Positions 27,824 to 41,338 of a stretch of 64,000 nt of DNA are shown here, piece after piece (position 1 is the stretch's first letter; every line of letters starts with the position of its first letter). Origin of the DNA: Octopus bimaculoides (taxonomy: Eukaryota); the NCBI RefSeq assembly GCF_001194135.2, contig NC_068983.1, positions 116,670,577-116,734,576 of the forward strand, read 5' to 3'. The position numbers and the translations under genes are program-made. The notes under the pieces are model-generated. The model did no database searches. It worked only from the letters and a program-made list of their open reading frames with translations, and was not told the origin of the DNA.

Positions 27824-29036
27824 ACAGGCTGAGTAAAATGTAAGCAACGTTTTGAAACATGAAATTCATGATAATATATTTCAACAATACGGAAATTTAT
27901 TCATCAACGTAAGTACCATTACAATCAACACATTAAATCTGGAGGTCTGGAGCTGATGAACCCTTTGAGGGCACTTTCAGCATCGGTTTGGTTTTTGAAC
28001 TCCTTCTCTCACAGGAAATCATCAAGGTGCTTCAGAAATGGTAGTCGGTAGGAGAATGGTCTAAGGAATAAACTGGGTGGGGAAGAACTTCGTGGCCAAG
28101 TTCCTTCAACTTCTGGAGTGTCATTAGTAAAACGTGTGGTCGAGCATTGTCATGAATATCATGAAGAATGATTGGCCCTCTTCTGTTGACCAGTCTGGGA
28201 CGGAGGAGTAGCAACTGCTACTCCTCATTCATTTTGGCAATTTCATGGCAATATGTTTCTGTAATAACGGTTGCTTTTTCTGGGTTTTAAGAAGTTATAG
28301 TGGAGGAGTCCAGTAGTACACCACCGAACAGTCACCATAGCGTTCCTTTTCAAGAGCTCGGGTTTAGGGAAAGTTTTCGGTGCTTCATTTTGGTCCAACC
28401 ACTGCGGAGAACGTTTTTTTATCATTGTTCAGAATCCACTTTTCATCGCAAGTTACAATGCGGTCGAGAAATNNNNNNNNNNNNNNNNNNNNNNNNNNNN
28501 NNNNNNNNNNNNNTTCACATCTGCGCATTTTCTGATTTTCGTTCAAGTGGTACCCATTTGTCGTGCTTTTTGATTTTCCAATCGCATGCAAATGATTGCC
28601 GGCAGTTATCTGACTAACTTGAAGTTCTTTTATCAGTTCGTGAGTGGTTTTACGTGGATCTTTCTCAATGACGATCTTTAATTTCATCGATGACAGATGG
28701 GCATCTACTACGCTCACGGCTCAGGTCTCCGTTGCGAAATAGTTTAAATTATTTTTGAGCTGGCCATTCCCTCACCAAACGTGTCGTTGATATCGCAAGC
28801 AGTTTCAGTTGCTTTACGTCCTTTTTTGAAGTTGAATAGCAAAATTGCTTGAATATTGTGGTTTGACAGTTCCATTTCAGATGATTGAAATAACAGTGGA
28901 AAAAATATCAATCTTAATTTATTGATGCATTTGGGCAAGTTTATGTCTGTATTATGTTTTTAAAAAATTCAAAACTATGCAAAAGTCAGGCACAAATTCA
29001 TGATTCAAAACGTTGCTTACTTTTAACTCAAACTGA
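27824..29036 (-). mobile_element. Near full-length decayed mariner (Hsmar1/cecropia-like) with TIRs and TA flanks
   Basis: 40-bp TIRs (ACAGGCTGAGTAAAATGTAAGCAACGTTTTGAAACATGAA versus TCAGTTTGAGTTAAAAGTAAGCAACGTTTTGAATCATGAA, 34/40 identical), flanked by TA. Transposase remnants from ATG at 28875: MELSNHNIQAILLFNFKKGRKATETA, KWVP, FLDRIVTCDEKW, HDNARPH, YSLDHSPTDYHF. Confidence 0.92.
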
Positions 29037-30111
29037 TAATACAAATACAGTACGGCCTTTTGTTTGATGTTCTGATAATTTTGCTACTTCTTTGGCCATT
29101 ACAAGAACAATGCAATGACAGCAATGGTTTTTCAGTATATGGACAAGATCAACAATTTTCAGGGGAGATGATTAATTGATATCATCGGTTCTATTACTCG
29201 GCCGTCTCTTTGTTTTATGGACACCGAAAGGAGAAAAAGCGAAGTGGACACCGGTATAATTTGAACTCAGAACGTACATGTGGAACAAATATCGTAATGC
29301 ATTTTCATTCAACACACTAATGGAGACACTAAGTATTGGCATACATCTCTCTAATAATTATGATAACAACGATAATGATGATAATGATGATGATGATGAT
29401 GACAGTTTCAAATATGGTGCAAAGCCAGCACTTTGAGAGGATGAGGCAAGTCGATTACATCGAACCTAGTCCTACCATATACAAGTATTATGAAAATAAT
29501 ACTTGTATATGGTGTGTTGATAAAAATGGAGAAGAGAAGATGTTAACATATATAAGAGAATCTTAATTCATGCAGACGATCGTTTCGTACAGCGATATGG
29601 AAATCAGGCAAATTCATGGCTGAATAAAATTAATTAAATTAATTAGATTAAATTAAATTAATCATATATCAATGTACTCTTCAGTGCAAGAAATATAAAC
29701 AAAACTTTTACAAAGGAAAAAGCAGAATAGGATCTAGGAGATTCATATTTATCCTTATGAGGAAGAAAGATATGTGTGAGTCCAGGCTATAACGGTTATT
29801 TGAAAATATAACTGAGAGATGTTTTAGAGACGTTTATAGATGAGTAAGGAGATTAGAAATTCTAACTCCAAATAAGTCGTGTAGGGAAAAGATTGTATAG
29901 AAATGTCCAATGGAAAGACATGGCTATATTTGAATTAAAAAATGACTTGACAGTTAGAAACAATACTTAGTGTGGTGTATATTTTCCATAAATTTACCAC
30001 ACACCATATGCATATTATATATATGTATGCATGTATGAATGTATATACGTACTCACGTACATGTGTATGTATGTATGCGTAAATTATATTTGCAGAGTAT
30101 GTATTAAAGCA

Positions 30112-30151
<40 letters not shown>

Positions 30152-30249
30152 TGCTTTTACACTGCTAATTCTAGTAATTATAAATGAGCCGCGTAATAAA
30201 ATGCCTTAACTACTTGCCTTTTTTTTATTCAATATGTTGCTTGTTAAAA

Positions 30250-30600
30250 TCAGGATTTCGAATCCTGCCGAGGACGATTTTAACTTTTCATCGTTTCAAG
30301 GTTTGATAAAATATAGTACTGGCCAAGCAATGGGTTTGATATAATCGACTTTCCCTTGCAACATAAAAATTCACCATGTGCGTTTATATATAAAAAAAGT
30401 CGTTATTATATTGGTAAAGTAAAAACAGCGAGCTAGCAGAAAAAATTGCACGCCAGACAAAATACTTTGAGGCATTTCGTCTAGCTTTACGTTCTGAGAT
30501 CAAATTCCTCCCAGGTCGATGAAATAAGTACCAGTTGAGTACTGGGATAGATGTAATCGACTAACCTCTCCTTATAAATTTCAGGCCTTTAGCCAACAGT
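30250..30600 (+). mobile_element. Two diverged SINE family A copies
   Basis: GCGAGCTAGCAGAA head, TTCTGAGATCAAATTCC B-box-like motif and GGTCGATGAAATAAGTACCAGTTGAGTACTGG central domain. Confidence 0.7.
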
Positions 30601-33029
30601 AGAAGTGGTTATTTTTGTTACTCTAAGTCGAAACTATAACGCTTGTCTTTTGTCGTTGCTGATTTAATGAGATCATTCTAGTTTCTTGGTGCAAACCCCA
30701 GCGTATTTCACCTCATAATCCCTTGGTTGAAAAAACAAGTACCCGGTAAGTACTAGAGCTTGTAAAATTGACAATATCCTGCTAATACCTTATGATTATA
30801 CTAACAATTGATATAATTGTTGTCGTTGTTGTTTAAGGAAAGCCATCCGTTACTGAGTATACCGATTATAAAAGACGTTCAGTGTTGTTTTTTTTATATC
30901 TAAAGCTAAATTGTCCAACAGTTCATTCCTTTTTGAGAATGTAGGCTTGTGTATAAAGGCATTTTGGTTGTAGTTTGCAAAATTTAGAGCGACCTCTTCG
31001 ACGTTCCCTTCTTTTTGTGGTTAATGTTTGTTTGCAATACTTAAGCAGTTCACCTATTGGCTTGTTATAATATTTGTTTTCTATAACGACATTTTATTTT
31101 GTTATGTTATTGTTATATGACTTAAACGGTATGGAGCTTCATTGTTCAATTTCTTCCTCTTAAAATGGTGAAAAAATTATTGTTTTGCAATTTATTTTCT
31201 TCTTGTTTTAAATTGTGTTTTGTATTACGAACATGTGGCGGATATAAAGTAGAAGCATCTAATGTTTCAGAAAAATTTGCCAAAATAACATTAATAATTT
31301 CAGCAACAGTTTTTATACAATCAATGTTAATCTGAAAAATGAAAACGTTAACTTAAACGTGTGAAAACAATAACAGTAACGGAAGTTGAGGTAATACTGG
31401 CAACAAAAGCCGATAAAATAATACTAGCAATGAAAATTTCTCGACAACAGAAAAATGCTATTCTTAGGAACTGTAGGTTTCTGTGTACTAATGTAATGAT
31501 GATAGTTGAAAAAATGAAAGAAACACAGGCATATACTTTGCAGGGAGAAGAGAATTTAATACCCAAAAGAAATTTTGTGAGAGTGACAGATGAACTATAA
31601 AATTGAAATGAATATTGAGAAACTATTTAAAAGGTGAGCCTAAGGTTATGTTTTATTTCATTCTGAGTAACACTAGAAGACATTTCCATTGATGCACGTG
31701 TATTGCAATGTCAGAAAACGTAATGGCTTGTTTTGTCGATGTTTTTACAAAGTATTTCAGGGAGCCCAATAATAGGTATATACTATTTTATGACATTACA
31801 GTCGTGAATACTCTACCATAAAAGGCTAATGAATGAGAATAGTTAGACAAATGAGGAGAAGATAGCGTGTGTTTCATCTGTATATTAAAAAGTTACTTTA
31901 AGAAAACGGAAAAAAGCTACTATCCGACGAACCTACAATGCGAACAGTACAGAAAATGCAAAATTTCGACACACAAAATTTTGAGACATGAGCATCAACA
32001 AAAGGAAAACAATTACGAAAACTCATCCTGCAAGGGATTCCACCCAGCAACAAGCTTGTGGCTGATGGGAGCTGAACTTTGGCTAAGCTCTCATACAGTA
32101 GTGGTAATGAGTGAAAATGAGGCCCTTTATAATTCAAACAATGTATAGTGAAAGAGAGTCAGCATATCCGAAACTCCCTCTCCAGAACAACGTCAATCAG
32201 ACCCACCAGCCCTACATTAATTCAATATTAATTCAAAACCAAATTCCGCTCACAGGAAGTAAATCATTTAAAAGAGAATGCATAGGAGTTAGTCTAAAAC
32301 AGATTATTGTTTCTCGCGGCAAATCAACAAACATTAATTACAAAGTAGCATGTGATTCTTTTATCTAAGCTTTCATAATTGTTTCATAGAATAATATGAA
32401 GCTAATTAATGAACTGGTAAAGGAAGAAAAGCGTTTGTGTAAGTAGTGGACAAAAGCCGATGATATTTCTTCAAAGAGATAAATATCGGTTTCTGATAAA
32501 GATCCAGTAAGATAAAAAAAGAATCTCTTTCTTAAGGATATGGGAAATTTCTTTGAGAAATAAACCGCAATTGCTCACAAAATTTTAGAGCTAAAGAAAA
32601 ATAAGAATTGGGTTATGAACCCGTTATATTTTCTGGTTAACACTATCGCATTTTTTGTTTGGTGGGGTTTGTGGTATTTTGTTACAATTAAGTTTAGCTG
32701 GTGTGTAATTAAATTATACTCAATTTAAGTGTAAGAAGCTTTAACGAGACTAGGATTCCCTTTTCAATGGCAGGGTTTTACGATGGATTACTCGGCCGTT
32801 AAGGACTGGCTGCTTTGAAAATGATGGCAAGTTGCTACTAGTGGATATGTGTAGCATGCCTTAGCCAGAAGCCTGGGACAGAACAGAGGGTATAATGGTT
32901 AAATTTAGGCTCATAAGTCTACTAAATTCGGAGTTAAACATCAATGTTTTGACTAAAACGTTATGTAGGGAACTGAGACTAAAGCAGAATTAAGCTAAAG
33001 GTCTGCAATATTCTCATCAGCGTTCACCA

Positions 33030-33420
33030 TCCATCGTACTTAAGAAGGGAGACGGTGAGAATGAAGATCTCAGGAATGTCACCTGAGGCAAATGTATAGT
33101 GGATTGTAGCGTGCACCGTCTTGGAAGGAATAACAGCCTCCTGGAGGTAGATCGAACCCGGCGAGAAATTGGTCTTGCATCAGTGCGGAGCTGCTACACC
33201 ACATCAAACCAGACATGTTTCACAAGATCCTAGCATCATTCGCCTTTCGGGAGAGGAACAGCTGCATGTTACAGTCGAGCGTAGAAAGCCTCGGTACCAC
33301 CTCTGTGAGGTGACTGACTACTTGAGATCTTTCTGTCTTCAACAGTCTGTGATTGGAACACCATCTTCGACGCTCGCCTGGTTACAGAGAGGCTAGCTGA
33401 TAGGAGAGGGCACTGTAAAA
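33030..33420 (+). mobile_element. Possible LINE ORF1 remnant (L1/Tx1-like zinc-knuckle region)
   Basis: GC-richer island; fragments GMSPEANV*WIVA and LHVTVERRKPRYHLCEVTDYLRSFC resemble a degenerate VEGR.P.C..C...H....C knuckle. Confidence 0.35.
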
Positions 33421-33544
33421 GCCTAAAAATCTGCTTAGTTCTTTCCAAATAGGTGAGAGTTACCGAGTGGATTTCCCGAATGCGCCAATGTGGACATGAG
33501 CAAACAGAATTGGCCAAAATTTGAAATCCTTGTCATTATTATTA

Positions 33545-33828
33545 AGGTGGCAAGCTGACAGAATCGTTACCACGCCGTACAAAAGCTTAGCAGGCATTTC
33601 GTTTGTCCTGCCTTTCTGTGTTCATATTCTGTCAAGGACGATTTTACCGTTTAAGGTAGAGTGACGGATGAATCGTTAGCACGCCGGACAAAATGCTTAG
33701 TGAGTTTGCAAAACGGTTACTCGCCGGAAAATGTGCTTAGTGGAATTTCTTCCAACTTTACGTTCTCTGTTCAACTGCCGCGAGGGTCGACTTTGCCTTT
33801 CATCCTTTCGGGGTTGATGACATAAGTA
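33545..33828 (+). mobile_element. Stacked SINE family A heads/copies
   Basis: Three consecutive head-like segments (GAATCGTTA(C/G)CACGCCG...GCTTAG), the last followed by GTCGACTTTGCCTTTCATCCTTTCGGGG. Confidence 0.75.
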
Positions 33829-33839
33829 GAAGGGAAGTA

Positions 33840-36290
33840 TGGAATCTACTTAGAAATATTAAGTTTAGGAAAGACGTTCTCAGGAATAATCACCTACGTT
33901 ATTTGAAGCACAAAGTTAATGAACTTCGAAAATTAAAAGGTATAATCGTACAGTCCGATAACACCGGAAATCTATACAATGTATATGTAGATCTATACCA
34001 TAATCTCCTACAGAAAGAAATTACAAAAAATATAAGATTATAAACAATAATGTTCTAAAATCTATTAATATCAAAGCCAAATAAATAATGAGTGAAGATC
34101 GAATTGACGACTTAACTGAAGTTTATGAACCATCTAAACCTAGAATTAGCCTAAAAGATCACAAGCCTAACTTTCATGCTGATCCAAAGATAAGGCTCAT
34201 CTACCCTTGCAAATCTGACATAGGAAAACTTAGCAAAATCATCATAGACAAATACCAAAAATTATTAAAATCCAAAATAAAACTCCACTTGTGGTCAAAA
34301 ACATTAGATGCAATTAACTGGTTCACTAATCTACAAGATAAGAAAAGACGTACATTCATCCAACTGGACATAGACAACTATTACCAAACCCCATCGTACT
34401 AAATAAAGCACTTATCTTCGCCAAGAATAGGACTAAATTATCTCTGAAAGAAATAAAAATTATACTTGAAACTAGAAAGACTATAATATTTCATGAAGGT
34501 AAATATTGGACCAGGAAAGATACACCAGACTGTTTCGATGTACCCATGGGTGCACAAGACTCCTCAGAGGTAACCGATTTAGTCGGGATTTACCTACTAC
34601 ACCAAATTAAAGAAGAATTCCCTGAATTGGAAGGTGGTCTTTACCGGGACGACGCTCTATTCTTAGTTAGAAATACTTCCTATATAAAACTTGAACTCTA
34701 CAAAAAAAAAAAAAGGCTACATAATGTTTTCAAAAACCAAGAACTATCCATTACTATTGAAAAAAGATAAAAACTCTGCGAACTTTCTGGACGTTAATTC
34801 TTCGTCTCATTAGACTTACCATAAACCTATCAACAATATCATATACATAAACGCTCAAAGTAACCATCCTTATAACATTATAGAAAACCTGACCACTAAC
34901 ATAGAGAGAAGAACTAAACAACCACCTAATGAAGAAATATTTAACAAACATAAAGACTATTATAATCTAGCACTTAAGAAGGCAGGATATAAATATGAAA
35001 TTAAGTACAATAAAAACGACAGCATCAATACTAATGATACCAAACTTTATCTTGAAATGAATAGCGTAGATAATATTAGTGAACCGAAGTCACCTGATGA
35101 ATTAGTACACCCCGATAAACATAAAAAAACTCTCAATGATAGTCATCAACATAACTTTAGCAAAAGACACGGAAATCACAACTACAATAAACATACTAAT
35201 AAACTTAATCAATACGAACACCATAACCATGAACTTTACTAAAAGAAAAACTAATATAAATTTTAGCAGTTCCCACCTTATTAACTACTCTAATACTAAT
35301 ATCAATAAACCCAAGAATACTGACAACAAACACCAAAACTGCTTAATTATAGATAAAGATAGGAATATTAAACCAATAAACAGAAAAAATGAAAATAATC
35401 TAAACTCACCTAATTCCTTCAAAACACATGACCATAGAACTGAAGTTAATGCAGATGGGAATAGAATAGCAAAAAAGAAGCCAATACCCTGTGTGAGAAT
35501 AGCTGACCCCCACCCGAACACAACCCATCATTCCAAGAAGAAAATAGCAATAACACTACTTGGACCTTTTGCCAAATATCTAAAATCTAACTTTATTAGG
35601 TCCATGAGAATTATAATTAATAGAAACTTTAAAAACTCTAAATATGCAAAAATATTTAATAATAAAAAACTTATATTTGGATTTTCGGTCTCTCCTAATC
35701 TTTTTAGGATAATCTCTTCTTTTAACAATAAGAAACTAGATCTATTCTATAATAAAAAAAAAACTTCGTTAAATGTACCTAGTACCTTCAGTAATCCTAT
35801 AATTAACAACTGCTATTATGCTAATAACCATAACTCCATTATCCCTAATAAACATAGACATAACACCATAGTACCACCCGAAAATTTAAATTGCAATTGT
35901 AGAGACCCGAATAACTGTGAAGTAGATAGAAATTACAAAGTGAAAGAAGTTGTATACCAAGCAACTATTATTATTCAGGACTTCTCTAAATATAAATACG
36001 TTGGTTGCAAGAAAACTTCTCTTAAATCGAAAGTTAATAAACATAAATCTTCTTTTAGGACCCTAGAAAAGAGAATAGCACAAGTCTATCTAAAAAGAAA
36101 AAAATGCCACCTCGAAAGAAACAATATTGATTTCTCAATTTCTTGGAAAATCCTATCCTCTTATAGATATAATAATAACATTTATAGGTTATGTTTAGAA
36201 GAAAGCTATAGCCTAATGAGAATGAATGGAAAACTAGGGATGAAAGAGTTTCTCATGTAAGCACATGACCAAATTCCTTTTTATCAATCT
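33840..36290 (+). mobile_element. Penelope-like retroelement, Naiad-like clade; 5'-truncated, frameshifted RT plus GIY-YIG endonuclease
   Basis: RT: LRNIKFRK, LKDHKPNF, QLDIDNYY, FDVPMGAQDSSEVTDLVG, GLYRDD, ALKKAGY. Endonuclease: CNCRDPNNC, VVYQA...YVG...KHKSSF, ISWKIL, RLCLEE, SCKH. Confidence 0.85.
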
Positions 36291-37419
36291 TAAAAAAATT
36301 TTCACTCCCCTCTTGCTTAGATTTGTTTTTGGTGTTTTTTAAAAATATTTCTATATTATCGTTTTCTATAAAAAACGATTACTCATCACATCCACTTTAC
36401 ATCACTATATCTTACACTATCTTGATATATGTTTTATTTATCTAATTTTGCCGTCTAACAATTGCACGACTTTATCTACCTCTCCCTACATCTCCTTTTC
36501 TCTCACTATGTTTTTTTAAAATAATATCTTTCCTTAGTATATAATATATCTCTATATTTTTTGTGTTTAATTTATTTTATTTGCATAATGTGCTCCACCA
36601 TGACCGCAGTCACATGACTGAAACAAGTAAAGCAATAAAAATCTATGCCATTTTAATCCCGAGCAAGGCCAGGTATCTCTGCTAGTATACACACACACAC
36701 ACANNNNNNNNNNNNNNNNNNNNNNNNNNNNNNNNNNNNNNNNNNNNNNNNNNNNNNNNNNNNNNNNNNNNNNNNNNNNNNNNNNNNNNNNNNNNNNNNN
36801 NNNNNNNNNNNNNNNNNNNNNNNNNNNNNNNNNNNNNNNNNNNNNNNNNNNNNNNNNNNNNNNNNNNNNNNNNNNNNNNNNNNNNNNNNATATATATATA
36901 TATATATATATAACAAGAGGAATGAGAGTAACTATACTGGAGATCATAACCCTGGCATTGATGGTTTCTGTAGGCTATCACTTGTTTCATTAGCCATTCA
37001 TTAAAAAAAAATACACATCTAATATGACAGTATTTATGTCCGTATTTATGACTGCATAAGTGATATGAGTATACTAGCAAGAGCCAGTCAGTGGACCACA
37101 GAATACAATCTATGACACACCACTAGGCAGTGTCATATTACAATCCACGAATAGCCAATAATAACTTAATTGTGTGTGCGAACCTATGTGTGACAGACCT
37201 CGCGGGTGTGCGTGTGCGTTTGTACCAACGAGTGTACGTGCACCAGACACGTATATGTGGGAATTTATACAGCCATATCTACTAACGGTTATATCAAAGA
37301 CTTATCTCTCTGTATTGTGCATTTGTTTCCTTTTGTATCTGATATTTGTTATGAATATTCTATAAGAAGGAAGCCGTATCTCTTAATTTTTCATTTCTAT
37401 ATACGAAAACCAAAAAGAT

Positions 37420-37585
37420 ACCTTGCGAAACAGGAGGAGACAAATCTACACCGAGGGATACACATAAACTACTAAACCAGTCGTATAGTTCCCTAGCCGC
37501 GAGGGATAGGTGCTAGATGGGTCGAAATAATTGTAGTGGTCAATGAAGATTCTCGTATCTTCCATCCTCCGTCTCTCTCATCATA
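37420..37585 (+). repeat. Single-arm relative of the 57566-58080 hammerhead-like element
   Basis: CTAGATGGGTCGAAATAATTGTAGTGGTC...TTCTCGTATCTTCCATCCTCCGTCT aligns with 58006-58068; it is cut by an N gap. Confidence 0.65.
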
Positions 37586-38108
37586 TNNNNNNNNNNNNNN
37601 NNNNNNNNNNNNNNNNNNNNNNNNNNNNNNNNNNNNNNNNNNNNNNNNNNNNNNNNNNNNNNNNNNNNNNNNNNNNNNNNNNNNNNNNNNNNNNNNNNNN
37701 NNNNNNNNNNNNNNNNNNNNNNNNNNNNNNNNNNNNNNNNNNNNNNNNNNNNNNNNNNNNNNNNNNNNNNNNNNNNNNNNNNNNNNNNNNNNNNNNNNNN
37801 NNNNNNNNNNNNNNNNNNNNNNNNNNNNNNNNNNNNNNNNNNNNNNNNNNNNAAGGCAGAATGCTAAACTGAAAGCATATTTTAATATAAATGGGTGTAA
37901 CAAAGATTAAAAAGGGTTTCAAACCGGCTTTCATTGCATGGCAAATTTTCAAGATAAGAAAGGGGAAAAAAATATATATTTGACAAGTTCGAAAGACGAA
38001 CGAAAGCGCTAATATATGTATAAAATAAATGAAAGAAGTTATTCCAAAATTCTGACGACTTTTTTTTTTCAATATTTAATTCTGTACATCACACCTAACA
38101 CTCTACAG

Positions 38109-38178
<70 letters not shown>

Positions 38179-38732
38179 GTGTGTGTGTATGTATACATAT
38201 ACTATGCATACATACATATATACAGTATATTATGAGGATACAAATCAAAATCTCGTGAAGCGCATTCCGGTGATCAATTGCGTGTATGCAGGCGTTTTAT
38301 TTTAAATGAGAATATTATACATATGAAATGAAATTCTCGAAGAATTAAATTTGCAGAGTAAGTATGTATTAAAACAATGATTGAAATATTTGGTGCCGGT
38401 GTTATGTTGTGTTAGACGTATTTCATTACAAGTTGAAGAACACATTTTTTTAAATATAAATGTTTATATTAATAATAATATATGATGAATTCATTACAGA
38501 TATTTTATATACATATATAAACATGTAGAAATCTCCAAACTATAAATAATATTTTGAATCTACATCTGGAGATTTGCAGTTGGGAGATGTTTTACATCTT
38601 TATACATGTATGTATATTTATGTTACGAATTTGTTATATTCATGCTGTCATTAATATTGATACTAATATTCATAAAATATATTTTCCATATTGAAATGAA
38701 ACATCTGTTACACAGAATTAAAATGACACCAT

Positions 38733-39390
38733 CCTACGTGGATATCCCCTTACCACTATCCTCACCGCCCTTGCCAGAGCACGTTCCCTGGACCGTGCAT
38801 CTGCTCTTTCCCCACGCATCCACCCTACAAACTCCTGTCTCCTGTTTCTCCTTACCTACCGCCCCACCATCCTACCTCTCTAACGCACCATTCTCCGAGC
38901 CTTCCGGCGACGCTGGTCCGACTCCTCTCTCCTTCAAATGAGCCCACAACTTACGAGACCTCTTGGTCCACAGCTTCTTACCTAACCCAACATCCCAACC
39001 CAGTTCGTTCCTCTGCTCCCACCCACGCTGCCGTACTTGCCCTTACCTCTTCAACACCACCCTCCTCACCGGCACCCATCATAGACCCTATCATATCACC
39101 GAATCCTTTACCTGCACTTCTACTAATGTCATCTACTGCATCTCCTGCTCTCTCTGCCCTTCTCTATACATCCGGCAAACGGGACGCCGCTTGGCTGACC
39201 GGTTCACGAAACACCTCCGAAACATCTGGCTCAGCAATGAGTCAGATGTTTCCGCTTTACCGGTCACTCTTTGCAACACCTGTCTGTGTTCGGATTGTCC
39301 TTGCACAGGGGCCATCCTGACTCCCATTTTCGCGTGAACAGGGATTAATCTTCTCTCTTCGCTCCTTTGAGCTATACAGGCTCAACTCTC
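38733..39390 (+). mobile_element. Penelope-like element 3' fragment (RT thumb plus GIY-YIG; Neptune-like)
   Basis: LRGYP...ALARARSLDR, PLSFK*AHNLRDLLVHS, CSHPRCRTC and FTCTSTNVIYCISCSLCPSLYIRQTGRRLADRFTKHLRNI. Confidence 0.85.
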
Positions 39391-39519
39391 CTCCCCTCTT
39401 CATCTAACCCTCCCTCTCTCCTCTCTCCCACCCCCTCTCCTCTCTCCCTCTCCTCTCTCCCTCTCACACCTACTTCCTCCCATCCACCGATGGGAGGAAG
39501 TAGGTGTCCGATTTCGACA

Positions 39520-40040
39520 TCATCCTTCAAAACAGTCCCCTGCTAAAAAGGGACCACAGAATGAACTAATCCTCCAAACACACACCATCATAAAAAGCAA
39601 GTGGCAGCCCAAATCTATGAAAAGTATCCTAACACAAGCCCGAATAAGCTCAACAACAACACTGAAGCCATTAGTAAAAAAATGTGGAAGACCCAACTGT
39701 GGGATATGCGTCAATTTAATTGAGGGAGTTCTCCTTCACTGTGGAAAGCAGCTTCACATGTGCTTCGGAGAACCTGATATACGCACTAACCTGCTCTGGG
39801 TGTCAAGAGCAATACAAAGGCCAAACAAAAACCAGTCTACGTCAAAGGATGACTCTGCACAAATTCCCCAAAACAGAAAAATAGCATTCAGCCAACACAT
39901 CGACATTTGCGTCAATAACAAAAATCCAAGCTTCAGAATGTTTCCCCTCTACCAATTCAGGGACGATACAACTTGTAGCCAACGAATTAGTTAAGAGGCT
40001 CTCTTTATTACAAAATGCAGACACCTTTTGAACGCATCTA
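39520..40040 (+). mobile_element. Second Penelope-like GIY-YIG fragment
   Basis: SMKSILTQA...KKCGRPNCGIC, frameshifted FTCASENLIY and ...FITKCRHLLN; distinct in sequence from 38733-39390. Confidence 0.75.
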
Positions 40041-40459
40041 CAACAAACGACATATCCACCACGGCCTTAGAATAACACAAACACATACGCAAATATCAAA
40101 AATGATACATTCAAGAGATACCCAAGAATTCATTAAAAACCAGTCCCAATCACTGCTATAATCCACAACGAGCCACTTTTAGGTCACTTGACCATTTAAC
40201 ATCCTACTACTATCATACCACCCGCTTTCCCTTATTATTCTCTCTTCTCTTTCTCTTTTTTGTTCTTCGTCTTCTTCCTTTCCACTACCTCCTTCCTTAA
40301 TTTACTACTATTGCTGTTTAAAATAACACCTACGCGAATATTATTAACAATACATTCAAAAGCGATGTCTCAAGAATTCAATCACTACTACCATCCACAA
40401 GTCACTTTCAGGGCACTTGACCATTTAGCATCCTACTACTATCATAGCACTCCTGCATT

Positions 40460-40502
40460 ATTCTTCTTCTTCTTCTTCTTCTTCTTCTTCTTCTTCTTCT
40501 TC

Positions 40503-40531
<29 letters not shown>
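40460..40531. repeat. (CTT)n microsatellite
   Basis: Trinucleotide run; it explains the poly-Phe/poly-Arg ORFs. Confidence 0.95.
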
Positions 40532-40533
<2 letters not shown>

Positions 40534-40980
40534 CTGCCAAGAATTCACAACGACTTCGAATCCACAAGAGTAAACAAGAGAGACAGAGACAGGCAGAAAC
40601 AAGGAAAATGCCCGTTGTATTTGAATACTATGCAAATATTCTTTTAAAAACTTTTCATTTAATTTTTCCAAAATTTGATTGTTTTCCATGCTTACTGCTG
40701 AAAAAGTCTCAATGACTGAAACCGGTACTGAAATGTTTTTATAAAATTATTTTAGCATTTTCTAATTTTNNNNNNNNNNNNNNNNNNNNNNNNNNNNNNN
40801 NNNNNNNNNNNNNNNNNNNNNNNNNNNNNNNNNNNNNNNNNNNNNNNNNNNNNNNNNNNNNNNNNNNNNNNNNNNNNNNNNNNNNNNNNNNNNNNNNNNN
40901 NNNNNNNNNNNNNNNNNNNNNNNNNNNNNNNNNNNNNNNNNNNNNNNNNNNNNNNNNNNNNNNNNNNNNNNNNNNNNNNN

Positions 40981-41014
<34 letters not shown>

Positions 41015-41338
41015 GTAAGATGCAAGGGTCAAGGTGTAGGAAGTTAGTAAGCTTGGAACAGTCAGAAGAACAGTCATTAGTGGCTTATTAGCGTAAAAGA
41101 TTTTAAATTGTTCCAAAATCGAAATTCGATAAGCTGAAAATAGTTATTTCGTAAGTCACAGTTGGCAACTGGGCTGGTTGTGTATGCGAATAAAAATCCA
41201 AATTTAGGGAATGGAGTAGATAAAATCCAGGCTACATTTGTTTCATAGCCAGCAGAACCTCGGAAGAAGTAATTAACCGGTTATCTAGCCAGTCGTCAAG
41301 CCAATGACACCTTAGGCAAATGAAGTTACGTTGTCATC

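Noticed and set aside
35880-36270. Selenocysteine (TGA) recoding in the Naiad-like endonuclease
   Set aside because: The readable conserved Cys positions use TGC/TGT; no in-frame TGA and no SECIS were seen.
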